A DNA stretch of 61,825 bases, counting the filler, from Thermodesulfobacteriota bacterium (GTDB taxonomy: Bacteria > DASVDK01), in NCBI GenBank assembly GCA_036381125.1. It is 8 parts of 8 records of this genome, joined end to end, with 100 filler letters (N's around TTAATTAATTAA, not from the genome) between each part and the next. Parts side by side here need not be neighbours in the genome. Positions count along the whole stretch, not along the records: positions 1 to 10,370 come from DASVDK010000248.1; 7 more parts are not named here. One strand, given 5' to 3'. Position numbers and translations under genes: made by a program. The notes beneath the pieces are model-generated. The model made no database searches, was not told the DNA's origin, and saw only the letters and a list, made by a program, of their open reading frames with translations. Of this stretch, positions 1 to 10,470 are shown one piece after another. Positions within the stretch are counted from its first letter, which is position 1. Every line of letters begins with the position of its first letter.

Positions 1-44
1 GGCGGCGGCGTAGCCGCGCCCCCTGACCCCGGTCCTCCTGCTCG

Positions 45-1496
45 ATGCTGTTCACGGAATCCGCCCAGCGCCGGGCGCTCGCCCGGCTCCTCAGGGGGAT
101 CGCCCCGACGCCCTGGGGCCGATCCCTTCGCCTCGACCCCAGGATGCCGCTCTCGGACCTGGTCGACGTTCCGCCCACCGGGCCCGGGGACGTCGAGCCG
201 TTCGTCGCCCGCATCGTCGACGGCGAACGGGACGCCATGTGGACCGAGGGGGCGGTTGGGCTCGTCCGGACCACCGGGACGACGGGGGGCGCGAGGCTCC
301 TGCCGCTGACCGCCGCGCACCGGCGCGACCTCCTGGCCTTCGCCCGACGGCTCGTCCTGAGCCAGGTTCGCCGCGGCGCGGCGCCGCTGCCCCGGCTTTC
401 GCGGTGGCTCCTGGTCACCGCCTCCACGGAGATCGCCAGAGTCGGCGGGCTGCCGGCCGGCTACGCCGCCGCCCTGGTCCAGGACGCCGTCCGCATGGTG
501 CGCCCCGCCTCGGCCGTGCCCGACCCGGACATCGCGGCGGTCGACTCCCGGGAGGCGCGCCTCGACCGCCTCGTGGCCGTGTCTCGCGGGGCCCGCGTCG
601 GCGTCCTCTTCGGCGCCCCGGCCGACCTGGTCGCCCTGCTCGGTCGGCTGTCCGAGCTGGTCGGGCGGCCGGTCGCCGACGTCTGGCCGACGCTCGAGGA
701 GATCGCCTGGATCGGCGCCCATCTGGGACCGCACCGCGCGGCGCTCGAGCGCCTCGTCGGCCGTCCCGTCGCCTTCCGCGAGGTGTACGGAGGAGCCGAG
801 GGGGGCTTCGGGGCCGATCTGAAGGGTGACGGTCGGCTCCGGCTCGTCGCCGGCCGGATCGTGTTCGTGTTCGAGCCGGTCGGCGGAGGGCGCCGGCGCC
901 TGCTCCACGAGCTCGCCGAGGCGGCGCCGGGCAGCCGCTTCGAGGTGCTCGTGACCACGTCCGCGGGACTCGTCCAGTACCGTCTCGGGGACGTCATCGA
1001 GGTCCGGCCGGGCCAGCCCCCGGCGGTCGCGATCGTCGGTCGCACCGGGGAGGTCCTCTCGGCGGCAGGGGAAGGCCTCGTCCCGGCGGAGGCGCAGGGG
1101 GCGCTGGGCGAGCTGGCTGCGACGCTCGGGCTCGACGTGGTCGACTGGCTGGCCTCGCCGGCCCCGGTGCCCGACGCGGAGGGTCGGCCGCGGCTGCGCT
1201 TCGTCGTCGAGGGGCGCTCGCCGCTGCCGGAGGCCGACCTCGCCGAGCGGCTCGACGCCGCCCTTGCGCGGCGATCGGGCGGCTACGCGCACGCACGCGG
1301 GGCGGGACGGCTCGGCGCGGTCGAGGTCCGCCTGCTCCCCGCGGGTGCGCTCGAGCCCTACCGGTCGGCGGTCTGGCCCTCCGGCGGTCCCGTGAAGGCA
1401 CGGCCGTTCGCCGCGTCGTGGGGGGCGCTCCTCGAGCGGCCCGGCGCGGGCGCCGTGCTCGCGCAACTGGACGAGGCGACGCCCGGCCGCTGGTAA
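45..1496 (+). CDS. GH3 family (acyl acid-amido synthetase-like) adenylate-forming protein
   Basis: GH3-type motifs in order: RTTGTTGG (SSGTT-like P-loop), REVYGGAEG (YxxSE-like), VLVTTSAGLVQYRLGDVI, GR..EVLS..GE, and C-terminal GPVKARP (GQxKxPR-like). Confidence 0.8.
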   Translation: MLFTESAQRRALARLLRGIAPTPWGRSLRLDPRMPLSDLVDVPPTGPGDVEPFVARIVDGERDAMWTEGAVGLVRTTGTTGGARLLPLTAAHRRDLLAFARRLVLSQVRRGAAPLPRLSRWLLVTASTEIARVGGLPAGYAAALVQDAVRMVRPASAVPDPDIAAVDSREARLDRLVAVSRGARVGVLFGAPADLVALLGRLSELVGRPVADVWPTLEEIAWIGAHLGPHRAALERLVGRPVAFREVYGGAEGGFGADLKGDGRLRLVAGRIVFVFEPVGGGRRRLLHELAEAAPGSRFEVLVTTSAGLVQYRLGDVIEVRPGQPPAVAIVGRTGEVLSAAGEGLVPAEAQGALGELAATLGLDVVDWLASPAPVPDAEGRPRLRFVVEGRSPLPEADLAERLDAALARRSGGYAHARGAGRLGAVEVRLLPAGALEPYRSAVWPSGGPVKARPFAASWGALLERPGAGAVLAQLDEATPGRW

Positions 1497-1497
1497 G

Positions 1498-1860
1498 ATG
1501 GTCCCACTGGAGGTCATGGTGCAGACGGAGACGACGACGGCCGCCCGTGCGGCGGCCGGCTATCGGGCAGGGACCGGCTTCAGGCGCTGCTGGAACTGCG
1601 AGCACTTCAGCATCCCGGCAGGCGACCCCGGCGAGGTCGGCGCCGACGACCGCCCGCAGGTCACCTGCACCCTCCTCGGCGGCACGGTGGAGCCGACGGC
1701 CGTCTGCGACCGGTGGGTCCACATGGCCGACAGGGCGCGCAAGCGGACCGGCTTTCGGTCCGCGCAGCGTCAGCATGGCCGGTTCCTCTGGGACGAGCCT
1801 GGCGGAGGCGACGGGGGCGGCGGGTCGACCGGCGGCGCCGGCGGCCCGGTCGGCCTCTAG
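1498..1860 (+). CDS. Small 4-Cys protein, HiPIP-like [4Fe-4S] or Zn-binding; start may be 1516 or 1519
   Basis: GY-x8-CWNCEHF...CTLLGGTVEPTAVCDRW pattern; fills the gap exactly between the GH3 stop (1496) and the kinase; GGAGG at 1509-1513. Confidence 0.6.
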   Translation: MVPLEVMVQTETTTAARAAAGYRAGTGFRRCWNCEHFSIPAGDPGEVGADDRPQVTCTLLGGTVEPTAVCDRWVHMADRARKRTGFRSAQRQHGRFLWDEPGGGDGGGGSTGGAGGPVGL

Positions 1861-1876
1861 CCGGACGGCTCGACAC

Positions 1877-3601
1877 GTGCTCGATCGCGCGGGCAATGCG
1901 CGGCGCCCCGACCGCCGGCGGTCGGCCGGCCGCCGCGCCGGGCCGGACGTGGCCGCCCTGGCCGAGGTCGGGCGGCTCCTCACGTCCACCCTCGAGCCGC
2001 GGGAGGTGCTGAACCTCCTCGTCAAGGCCGCGGTGGACCTGACCGGTGCGTCGTCGGGATCGCTGCTGCTGCGCGACGCCGACAGCCGGCTCCTCAACCT
2101 CGAGGCTTCGCGCGGCTACCCCTCGTCCGGGCGCGTGAAGCTCCTGTCGCTCAGGCTCGGCGAGGGGATCACCGGCTGGGTCGGCCAGCACGGCCGCTCG
2201 CTCCTCGTGCCCGACGTCCGGCGCGACCCCCGCTACGTGGAGGTGGACCGCTCGATCCGCAGCGAGCTGGCGGTGCCGCTCACGCTCAAGCGGGAGGTCA
2301 TCGGCGTCATCAACGTGAACGCCACGCGGGTCGGCGCCTTCGACGAGGGCGACGTCCGGATCCTCGAGGGGCTCGCCGCGCAGTCGGCGGCCGTGGTGCA
2401 GGGCGCGCGACTCCTCGACGCCGCGCGGCGCCGCAGCCGCGCGCTGCAGACCCTCTTCAACGTCGGCCAGCTCGTCGCCGGCTCGCTCGAGCTGGACGTC
2501 GTCCTCAGGCAGGTGGCGGCCTCGACGGCCCGGCTCCTCAAGACCCAGGTCACCTCCATCATGCTCCTGTCCGAGGACGGGGAGGAGCTGATCCTGCGCG
2601 CCGTGCACGGCGGCGGCCGCGCCTACGCGGCGCGCGGCGCGATCCGCGTGGACCAGTCCTACGTCGGACGAGCCGTACGCCAGAGGCGCGCCGTCACCGC
2701 CATGGACGTGCGGGAGGTCCACGGCTACTCCAGCGCGGAGCTGGCCCGCCGGCAGGGCCTCGTGGCGCTGCTCACCGTGCCGCTCGTCTCCCGCGACCGG
2801 GTGCTCGGCGTCATCAACGCCTACAAGCGGACGCGTCACCGGTGGACGAGCGAGGAGGTCGCGCTGCTCCGCTCCCTGGCCGACCTCTCGGCCGTGGCGA
2901 TCGAGAACGCCACCCTCCACGAGGGGCAGCTCAGGCTCGAGCAGGCACTGCGGACCATGGAGCGCACCGCGACGCTCCAGGAGCTGGCCATCGAGATGGC
3001 GCACGAGCTGCGCAACCCGCTCACGATCATCCGCATGCTCCTCCACTCGCTCGGCACCGACCACCGGGAGGACGTCGAGGTGATCCGCACGGAGGTGGCG
3101 CGGCTCGAGCGCCTCGCCACGCGCTTCCTCGATCAGGCGAAGCCGAAGGAGCCGGTCATGGCGCCGCTCGACCTCAACGAGCTGCTCGGCCGGCTCCTCG
3201 TGCTGGTCAGGCCGAAGGTCGCGGCGGGCCGCCTGCGGGTGCGGCGCGACCTGGCGCCGTCGCTGCCGCCCATCGTCGGCGACCGCGACCAGCTCGAGCA
3301 GCTCTTCCTGAACCTCGTTCTGAACGCCTTCGACGTGCTCCCGCCGGGCGGGCGGCTCACCGTGGCGACCCGGCGGACCGCGCGGGGGGTCGAGGCGACC
3401 GTGGCCGACGACGGGCCGGGCATCCCGGAGGCGATCCGGCAGCGGCTCTTCGAGCCGTTCGTCACGACCAAGCCGACCGGCATGGGCCTCGGCCTCGCCA
3501 TCGTCCGCCGCATCGCCGACGGCCACAAGGCCACCGTCCGCGTCGAGAGCGAGGCCGGCAAGGGGACGGCCTTCACGCTCGAGCTGCCCGCGAGCGGGTG
3601 A
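1877..3601 (+). CDS. Cytoplasmic sensor histidine kinase, 2xGAF-HisKA-HATPase (start approximate, GTG 1877 or 1949)
   Basis: Two GAF repeats (GEGITGWV...DVRRDPRY...SELAVPL; LLTVPL..GVINAY), H-box MAHELRNPL, N-box LFLNLVLNA, DDGPGI, FEPFVTTK, GMGLGL; no transmembrane segment. Confidence 0.93.
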   Translation: MLDRAGNARRPDRRRSAGRRAGPDVAALAEVGRLLTSTLEPREVLNLLVKAAVDLTGASSGSLLLRDADSRLLNLEASRGYPSSGRVKLLSLRLGEGITGWVGQHGRSLLVPDVRRDPRYVEVDRSIRSELAVPLTLKREVIGVINVNATRVGAFDEGDVRILEGLAAQSAAVVQGARLLDAARRRSRALQTLFNVGQLVAGSLELDVVLRQVAASTARLLKTQVTSIMLLSEDGEELILRAVHGGGRAYAARGAIRVDQSYVGRAVRQRRAVTAMDVREVHGYSSAELARRQGLVALLTVPLVSRDRVLGVINAYKRTRHRWTSEEVALLRSLADLSAVAIENATLHEGQLRLEQALRTMERTATLQELAIEMAHELRNPLTIIRMLLHSLGTDHREDVEVIRTEVARLERLATRFLDQAKPKEPVMAPLDLNELLGRLLVLVRPKVAAGRLRVRRDLAPSLPPIVGDRDQLEQLFLNLVLNAFDVLPPGGRLTVATRRTARGVEATVADDGPGIPEAIRQRLFEPFVTTKPTGMGLGLAIVRRIADGHKATVRVESEAGKGTAFTLELPASG

Positions 3602-3855
3602 GCGGATGAACGCGCGCGTGGCAACGAAAGCGAGGCGCGGCTCGGCCGCGCCGAGCGGGGAGGGGGGTGCGGGGGGCCCGGCTCGGGCGACCGCCCGGCT
3701 GTGCGGCCCGTGAGGCCCCCCGCGGATGACGGCGAGCGAGGCGGGCAAGGGGACGGCCTTCACGCTCGAGCTGCCCGCGAGCGGGTGAGCGGATGAACGC
3801 GCGCGTGGCGGGCAAGGGGACGGCCTTCACGCTCGAGCTGCCGGTGAATGGATGA
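3547..3855 (+). repeat. Three direct copies of the kinase 3' end (3547-3622, 3734-3809, partial 3807-3855) around a palindromic insert at 3623-3733
   Basis: GGCAAGGGGACGGCCTTCACGCTCGAGCTGCC occurs three times; copies 1 and 2 share about 76 bp with one mismatch. Confidence 0.95.
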
Positions 3856-4282
3856 GGCGGATGAGGGAAACGAGCTGGATCGACCGGCGGCCCGGGACCG
3901 TGGAGTTGCGCGCGCGGATCGAGCGCGACGGGCTCGTCGAGACGGTGCGGATCGTCGCGGACGAATCGCTCGCGCCGCGCGGCGTCTACGTCGCGGTGCG
4001 CGGCGCGGCCGGATGGCGCACACTCGAGGCGCTCCCGAAGCGGGAGGGCGGCTGGCTCGCGGTGGTCGTCTCGGCGCCGGACGGTGCGCGTCGGCGCGAC
4101 GACCTCGACCTGCCGCGCGAGGTCGTGGTGGACTACCCCGCGGCGGCGGTCGAGGCGTTCGCGCGCGAGCGGCTCGCGCTCGCGCCGGCCCGAGCCGCCG
4201 ACGTGGCCGTCCTGCGCGTGACGCCGCCGGCGCTCGACGTTCGCGCCGCGACGCGCCGGTACGATTCGCAAGAACCGCGCTC

Positions 4283-4286
<4 letters not shown>
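3852..4286 (+). CDS. Hypothetical protein (144 aa) between kinase and response regulator
   Basis: Beta-strand-rich natural-looking sequence; ATGA overlaps at both ends (3852-3855 and 4283-4286). Confidence 0.55.
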
Positions 4287-5755
<1,469 letters not shown>

Positions 5756-5838
5756 GGGGAACGCCGCAGCGCCCGCCGACCGCCACGCGCCCTTCGGCCT
5801 CCTTCGTCGTCCGTCGCACCCCCTTCGCATAAAACCGT

Positions 5839-5907
5839 TTGACACACCGCGCCACGCGTCGATATCGTTTCAGTATGTGGTCATGGTGTTCACAATGCTG
5901 AACACCA
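5839..5907 (+). promoter_or_regulatory. Sigma70-type promoter plus palindromic operator for the IclR/ABC operon
   Basis: TTGACA (5839-5844)-18 nt-TATCGT (5863-5868); perfect 9-bp inverted repeat TGGTGTTCA-caatgc-TGAACACCA (5884-5907). Confidence 0.7.
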
Positions 5908-6731
5908 CGCGGAGGCGAGGAAGGCTGGCGCCCGCATCGGACAAACGGCGGTTGGGAGTGCGGCCGGGCATCCGCAGGCAGACAGCGGGGCGGGGGTACG
6001 GCCGGCTGATCGACCTCCTCGAGATCCTGACGCTCGAGGAGGCCGGCCTCACCGGCTCCGACATCAGCCGCCGCCTCGGGCTGCCGAGGAGCACGGTCTC
6101 GGTGCTCCTCCGCTACCTGGTCGACCGCGGGGTCACCACGCTCGATCCGCGGACGCGCCGCTACTGCGCCGGGCCGGTGCTGGTGCAGCTCGCCTACCGT
6201 GTCGTCGGCGGCCTGCAGCTCGTTCGCGTCGCGCGGCCCCACCTGGAGGCGCTCTCGGCGCTGACCGGCGAGGACAGCTACCTCGGCATCCGGACCGGGA
6301 CGCAGTTCATCTACGTCGACCGCGTCGAGGGGAGCCAGTCGATCGGGCTCAATCTCCGCCTCGGCTCACCCCGTTACCTCCACTCCACCGCCGTCGGGAA
6401 GCTGCTCCTGGCCTTCGGGACGCCGGAGCTGCTCGACGCGGTGATCGCCGAGCGGGGACTGCCGGCCATGACGCCGGCGACGATCACCGACCCCGCGCGC
6501 CTGGTCCGGGAGCTCGAGCGGATCCGGCAGCAGGGGTACTCGATCAGCGAGGAGGAGAACGTCGAGGGCGTCTACGGCCTCGCCGCGCCGATCCGCAACC
6601 ACGCGGGCGAGGTGATCGGCGCCGTGCACATCTCCGCGCTCAGGGCGCGTGCGCGCGAGCGCCGCGACGTGCTCGTCGGCCGGATGTGCGACGCCGCGCG
6701 CCGCATCAGCGAGGCGCTCGGCGGGCGATGA
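5877..6731 (+). CDS. IclR family transcriptional regulator (start uncertain)
   Basis: HTH SDISRRLGLPRSTVSVLL; LHSTAVGKLLLA; IRQQGYSISEEENVEGVYGLAAPI. Confidence 0.93.
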   Translation: MVMVFTMLNTTRRRGRLAPASDKRRLGVRPGIRRQTAGRGYGRLIDLLEILTLEEAGLTGSDISRRLGLPRSTVSVLLRYLVDRGVTTLDPRTRRYCAGPVLVQLAYRVVGGLQLVRVARPHLEALSALTGEDSYLGIRTGTQFIYVDRVEGSQSIGLNLRLGSPRYLHSTAVGKLLLAFGTPELLDAVIAERGLPAMTPATITDPARLVRELERIRQQGYSISEEENVEGVYGLAAPIRNHAGEVIGAVHISALRARARERRDVLVGRMCDAARRISEALGGR

Positions 6732-6775
6732 CGCCGCGAGGCGACTCGCGGCGCACGAGCATGGGGGGGAGAGAC

Positions 6776-8029
6776 ATGGATCGATACGGCAACGACGGTC
6801 GCGCGAACGCCCGGACCCGGGGCCTCACCCGGCGGGACCTCGTGAGCCGCTCGCTCGCGGCGGCGGCAGGCGTGACGCTCGGCGGCGGCCGGGCCGCGGC
6901 GGCCCGCGCGGCCGCGCCGGCGATCAACGTCGGAGTCCTTCTGCCGCTGTCGGGCGCCAACGCCCAGTTCGGCATCAACGCCCGCAACGGCATCGAGCTC
7001 GTCGCCGACCGGATCAACGCCGGGGGCGGCATCCGGGCGCTCGAGGGCGCGACGATCAACCTCGTCGTGGCCGACGCCACCTCCAACCCCGCCACCGCCG
7101 CCACCGTGGCCCAGCGCCTGATCAGTCGCAACAGCGTCGTGGCCGTCCTCGGCGCGTTCGCCTCCTCCCTGACCCTCGCGGTCTCGGAGGTCACCGAGCG
7201 GCGGCGCATCCCGCTCCTGACCATGTCGTTCTCCGACCAGATCACCGGCCGCGGCTTCAAGTACGTCTTCCAGGTCGTCTCGAAGGCGTCGGTGATCGGC
7301 AAGGCGCAGTTCGAGTACACGCTCGGGATCGCGAAGGCGGCCGGCGAGACGCTCGATCGCGTCGCCATCATGTACGAGGACACCGCCTACGGCACCTCCC
7401 AGGCCACGGGGCTTCGGGCCGCGGCGAAGGAGGCGGGGATCGAGGTCGTGATGGACGAGGCCTACCCGCTCGGGATCACCGACGTGACCCCGCTGATCGG
7501 CAAGCTGCGCGCCTCGGGGGCCAGGGCGGTCTTCCCGGTCTCGTACCTGAACGACTCCATCCTCATCATCCGGACCATGCGGCAGCAGCGGCTCGACATC
7601 CCCGCCATCGGCGGCGCGGCCGGCTACGTCATCCCCGACTTCCACCGGGCGCTCGGGGAGTACGCGGAGGGCGTCCTCTCGGTCAACACGTCGAACTACG
7701 ACCTCGCGCCGGAGGAGACGCGGGCCTTCCGGGAGCGATACGGCTACTTCATGGTGCACGAGGCGATCGAGCACGCGGCGACGATGCACCTGCTCGCGCG
7801 CGCGATCGAGGCGGCGAAGTCGGCCCGGCCCGAGGCGGTCCGCGAGGCGCTCGCCGCCGGCCGGGTCTGCGACGGCATCGTCAAGGCGCTGCCCGGCGGC
7901 TGCGTGGCGTTCGACCGGACGGGGCTCAACACCGAGACCTACCCGATCATGGTCCAGTGGCGGGGGGCCGAGCTGGTGACGGTGTACCCCGAGCAGGTCG
8001 CCAGGGCGAAGCCGGCCTGGCGGAGCTGA
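6776..8029 (+). CDS. LIV-type ABC transporter substrate-binding protein with Tat signal
   Basis: TRRDLV twin-arginine leader; INVGVLLPLSG; YEDTAYG; upstream of two permeases and an ATPase. Confidence 0.9.
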   Translation: MDRYGNDGRANARTRGLTRRDLVSRSLAAAAGVTLGGGRAAAARAAAPAINVGVLLPLSGANAQFGINARNGIELVADRINAGGGIRALEGATINLVVADATSNPATAATVAQRLISRNSVVAVLGAFASSLTLAVSEVTERRRIPLLTMSFSDQITGRGFKYVFQVVSKASVIGKAQFEYTLGIAKAAGETLDRVAIMYEDTAYGTSQATGLRAAAKEAGIEVVMDEAYPLGITDVTPLIGKLRASGARAVFPVSYLNDSILIIRTMRQQRLDIPAIGGAAGYVIPDFHRALGEYAEGVLSVNTSNYDLAPEETRAFRERYGYFMVHEAIEHAATMHLLARAIEAAKSARPEAVREALAAGRVCDGIVKALPGGCVAFDRTGLNTETYPIMVQWRGAELVTVYPEQVARAKPAWRS

Positions 8030-8036
8030 AGGGGGG

Positions 8037-8897
8037 ATGGACCTCCTCCAGGCCGTCGTCAACGGGGCGCTGATCGGCGGGGTCTACGCCGTGACGTCGA
8101 TCGGGCTGACGCTCGTCTTCGGCGTCATGGAGATCGTCAACTTCGCCCACGCGGCGTTCCTGATGCTCGGCATGTACATCGCCTACCATGCCTGGGCGGC
8201 CTGGGGCATCGACCCCCTCTTCGGCTCCCTGATCGCGCTCGTCGTGGTGTTCGTGCTGGGGGCGGTCCTGCAGCGAACCCTGATCATGCCGATCCTCCGG
8301 GCGCCGCAGGTCTCGCAGATCTTCCTGACGGTCGGGCTGCTCCTCGCCCTCGAGAACACCGCCCTGCTCGCCTTCGGGTCGGAGTTCCGGTCGGTCCAGA
8401 CGCCGTACCAGACGTCGGCGCTCCGCATCGGGGGCATCTTCGTCAGCGTCCCGTACCTCGCCGCGTTCCTGATGTCGGTGGCGTCGGGCGCGGCGCTCTC
8501 GCTCTTCCTGCGGCGCACCGACGTGGGTCGGGCGATGCGCGCCACGGCGCAGAACCCGACGGCGGCCAGGCTGGTGGGGATCGACGTCACCCGGATGTAC
8601 TGGATCGCCTTCGGGCTCGGCACCGGGCTCACCGCCTTCGGCGGCGCGGTCATCCTGCCCTACATGACCGTCTTCCCGACCGTGGGCGGGCAGTTCGTCG
8701 TCCTGATGTTCACGGTCGTCGTCCTCGGAGGGCTCGGGAGCATCCCGGGGGCGATGATCGGCGGGCTGGTCGTCGGGGTGATCCAGTCGGTGTCGGCGCT
8801 GCTCTTCCCGATCCACCTGCAGAACCTCGTGCTCTTCCTCGTCTTCATCGCGGTGCTCGCCGTCAGGCCGACGGGGCTCCTCGGGGCGGGACGGTGA
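8037..8897 (+). CDS. LIV-type ABC permease (LivH-like)
   Basis: GLTLVFGVMEIVNFAH; GRAMRATAQN; VVLGGLGS. Confidence 0.93.
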   Translation: MDLLQAVVNGALIGGVYAVTSIGLTLVFGVMEIVNFAHAAFLMLGMYIAYHAWAAWGIDPLFGSLIALVVVFVLGAVLQRTLIMPILRAPQVSQIFLTVGLLLALENTALLAFGSEFRSVQTPYQTSALRIGGIFVSVPYLAAFLMSVASGAALSLFLRRTDVGRAMRATAQNPTAARLVGIDVTRMYWIAFGLGTGLTAFGGAVILPYMTVFPTVGGQFVVLMFTVVVLGGLGSIPGAMIGGLVVGVIQSVSALLFPIHLQNLVLFLVFIAVLAVRPTGLLGAGR

Positions 8898-9874
8898 AGC
8901 GGCCGCTCCGGTCGCTCCCCGCCGTCGCCGTGGTGGGGCTGGCGTTCGCGGCGCCGCTGGCGCTCGACCCGCTCGGGTACCCGATGCGGGTCCTCACGCT
9001 GGTCTTCCTCTTCGCGGCGATGGGGCAGGCCTGGAACCTCCTCGGCGGGCTCGCCAACCAGGTGTCGCTCGGCCACGCGGCGTTCTTCGGCATCGGCGCG
9101 TACACCTCGACGATCCTCCTGCGCGACCACGGGCTCACGCCCTGGATCGGCATGCTCGTCGGCGGCGCGATCGCCGCGGCCGCCGCCGTGGCGCTGAGCA
9201 TCCCCACCTTCCGGCTGCGGGGCCACTACTTCGCGCTGGCGACGCTCGCCTTCGGGGAGGTGATGCGGGTGGTGGCGAACAGCTGGTCCGAGGTGACCGG
9301 CGGTCCGGTCGGCATCTCGGTGCCGTTCCTCGGCGACGACGCGGCCATGTTCCAGTTCACGAGCAGCGTGCCGTACTACTACATCATGCTGGCCGCGCTG
9401 GTCGGGGTGAGCCTGGTCTTCTGGCGGGTCAAGGCGGGGCGGCTCGGCTACCGCCTGCGCGCGCTCAAGGAGAACCCGGAGGCGGCCGAGGTGATCGGCG
9501 TCGACACCTACCGGGCCAAGCTCGCGGCGATGCTCGTGTCGGCCTTCATCACGGCGCTCCTCGGGACCCTCTACGCCCAGCTCAACTACTTCTTCGACCC
9601 CGACACGATCTTCGGTCTGGCGACCGTCTCGGTGCGTATGGCGCTCGTCGCGATCGTCGGCGGCCTCGGCTCGGTCTGGGGGCCGATCGCCGGGGCGGCG
9701 TTCCTGATCCCGGTCGAGGAGTTCGCCAACGCGTTCTTCACCAACCAGGCGGCCGGCGTGTCGCAGCTCTTCTACAGCCTCCTCCTCATCGCGGTGATCC
9801 TCCTCGAGCCGAGGGGGCTCGTCGCCCTCGGGGGGCGAGCCGCGCGGCTCGCGCGGCGCGAGGGGCGGCCGTGA
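8894..9874 (+). CDS. LIV-type ABC permease (LivM-like)
   Basis: WNLLGG..QVSLGHAAFFGIGAY; LRGHYFALATLAFGE; IVGGLGS. Confidence 0.93.
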   Translation: MKRPLRSLPAVAVVGLAFAAPLALDPLGYPMRVLTLVFLFAAMGQAWNLLGGLANQVSLGHAAFFGIGAYTSTILLRDHGLTPWIGMLVGGAIAAAAAVALSIPTFRLRGHYFALATLAFGEVMRVVANSWSEVTGGPVGISVPFLGDDAAMFQFTSSVPYYYIMLAALVGVSLVFWRVKAGRLGYRLRALKENPEAAEVIGVDTYRAKLAAMLVSAFITALLGTLYAQLNYFFDPDTIFGLATVSVRMALVAIVGGLGSVWGPIAGAAFLIPVEEFANAFFTNQAAGVSQLFYSLLLIAVILLEPRGLVALGGRAARLARREGRP

Positions 9875-10370
9875 GCGAGGTCGTCCTGCGGGTCACGGAC
9901 CTGTCGCGTCGCTTCGGCGGGCTCGAGGCCGTCAGGCGGGTCACCTTCGACCTGCGGCGGGGGGAGATCCTCGGCCTCATCGGCCCCAACGGCGCCGGCA
10001 AGACGACGCTCTTCAACCTGCTGGTCGGCCTCGTGCGCCCCTCGGCGGGACGCATCAGCCTCGACGGCCGCGACGTCACCGGATGGCCGCCGCATCGGGT
10101 GGCCGCCGCCGGGATGACCAAGACGTTCCAGAACGTCGCGCTCTTCGGCGAGATGAGCGTGCTCGACAACGTCCTGACCGGCGGGCTCCTGCGCCGCGGC
10201 CTCGGGGAGGCGCGCGCGCTGGCCGAACGGGTCCTCGCGCGGGTCGGGCTCGGCGGCATCGCCGGCAAGCGCGCCGCGGACCTCTCGTTCCCCGAGCGCT
10301 CGCGCGTCGAGCTGGCACGGGCGCTCTGCACGGAGCCGCGGGTGCTCTTGCTCGACGAGGTCATGGCCGC
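9871..10370 (+). CDS. LIV-type ABC ATPase (LivG-like), truncated by contig end
   Basis: GPNGAGKTT; KTFQ; LLLDE. Confidence 0.92.
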
Positions 10371-10470
10371 NNNNNNNNNNNNNNNNNNNNNNNNNNNNNN
10401 NNNNNNNNNNNNNNTTAATTAATTAANNNNNNNNNNNNNNNNNNNNNNNNNNNNNNNNNNNNNNNNNNNN
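10371..10470. other. Artificial contig linker (N44-TTAATTAATTAA-N44); identical linkers at 13679-13778, 26160-26259, 32654-32753, 50057-50156, 55340-55439 and 58033-58132
   Basis: Identical 100-nt spacer with stops in all six frames; genes are truncated on either side. Confidence 0.99.

Noticed and set aside
3547..3855. Triplicated segment as CRISPR, DGR template/variable repeat or prophage att site
   Set aside because: Spacing is irregular, differences are not adenine-specific, and no cas, reverse transcriptase or integrase gene is in the window
10371..10470. TTAATTAATTAA motif, and gene clusters spanning the N-runs
   Set aside because: Artificial linker repeated seven times; adjacency across linkers is not biological evidence
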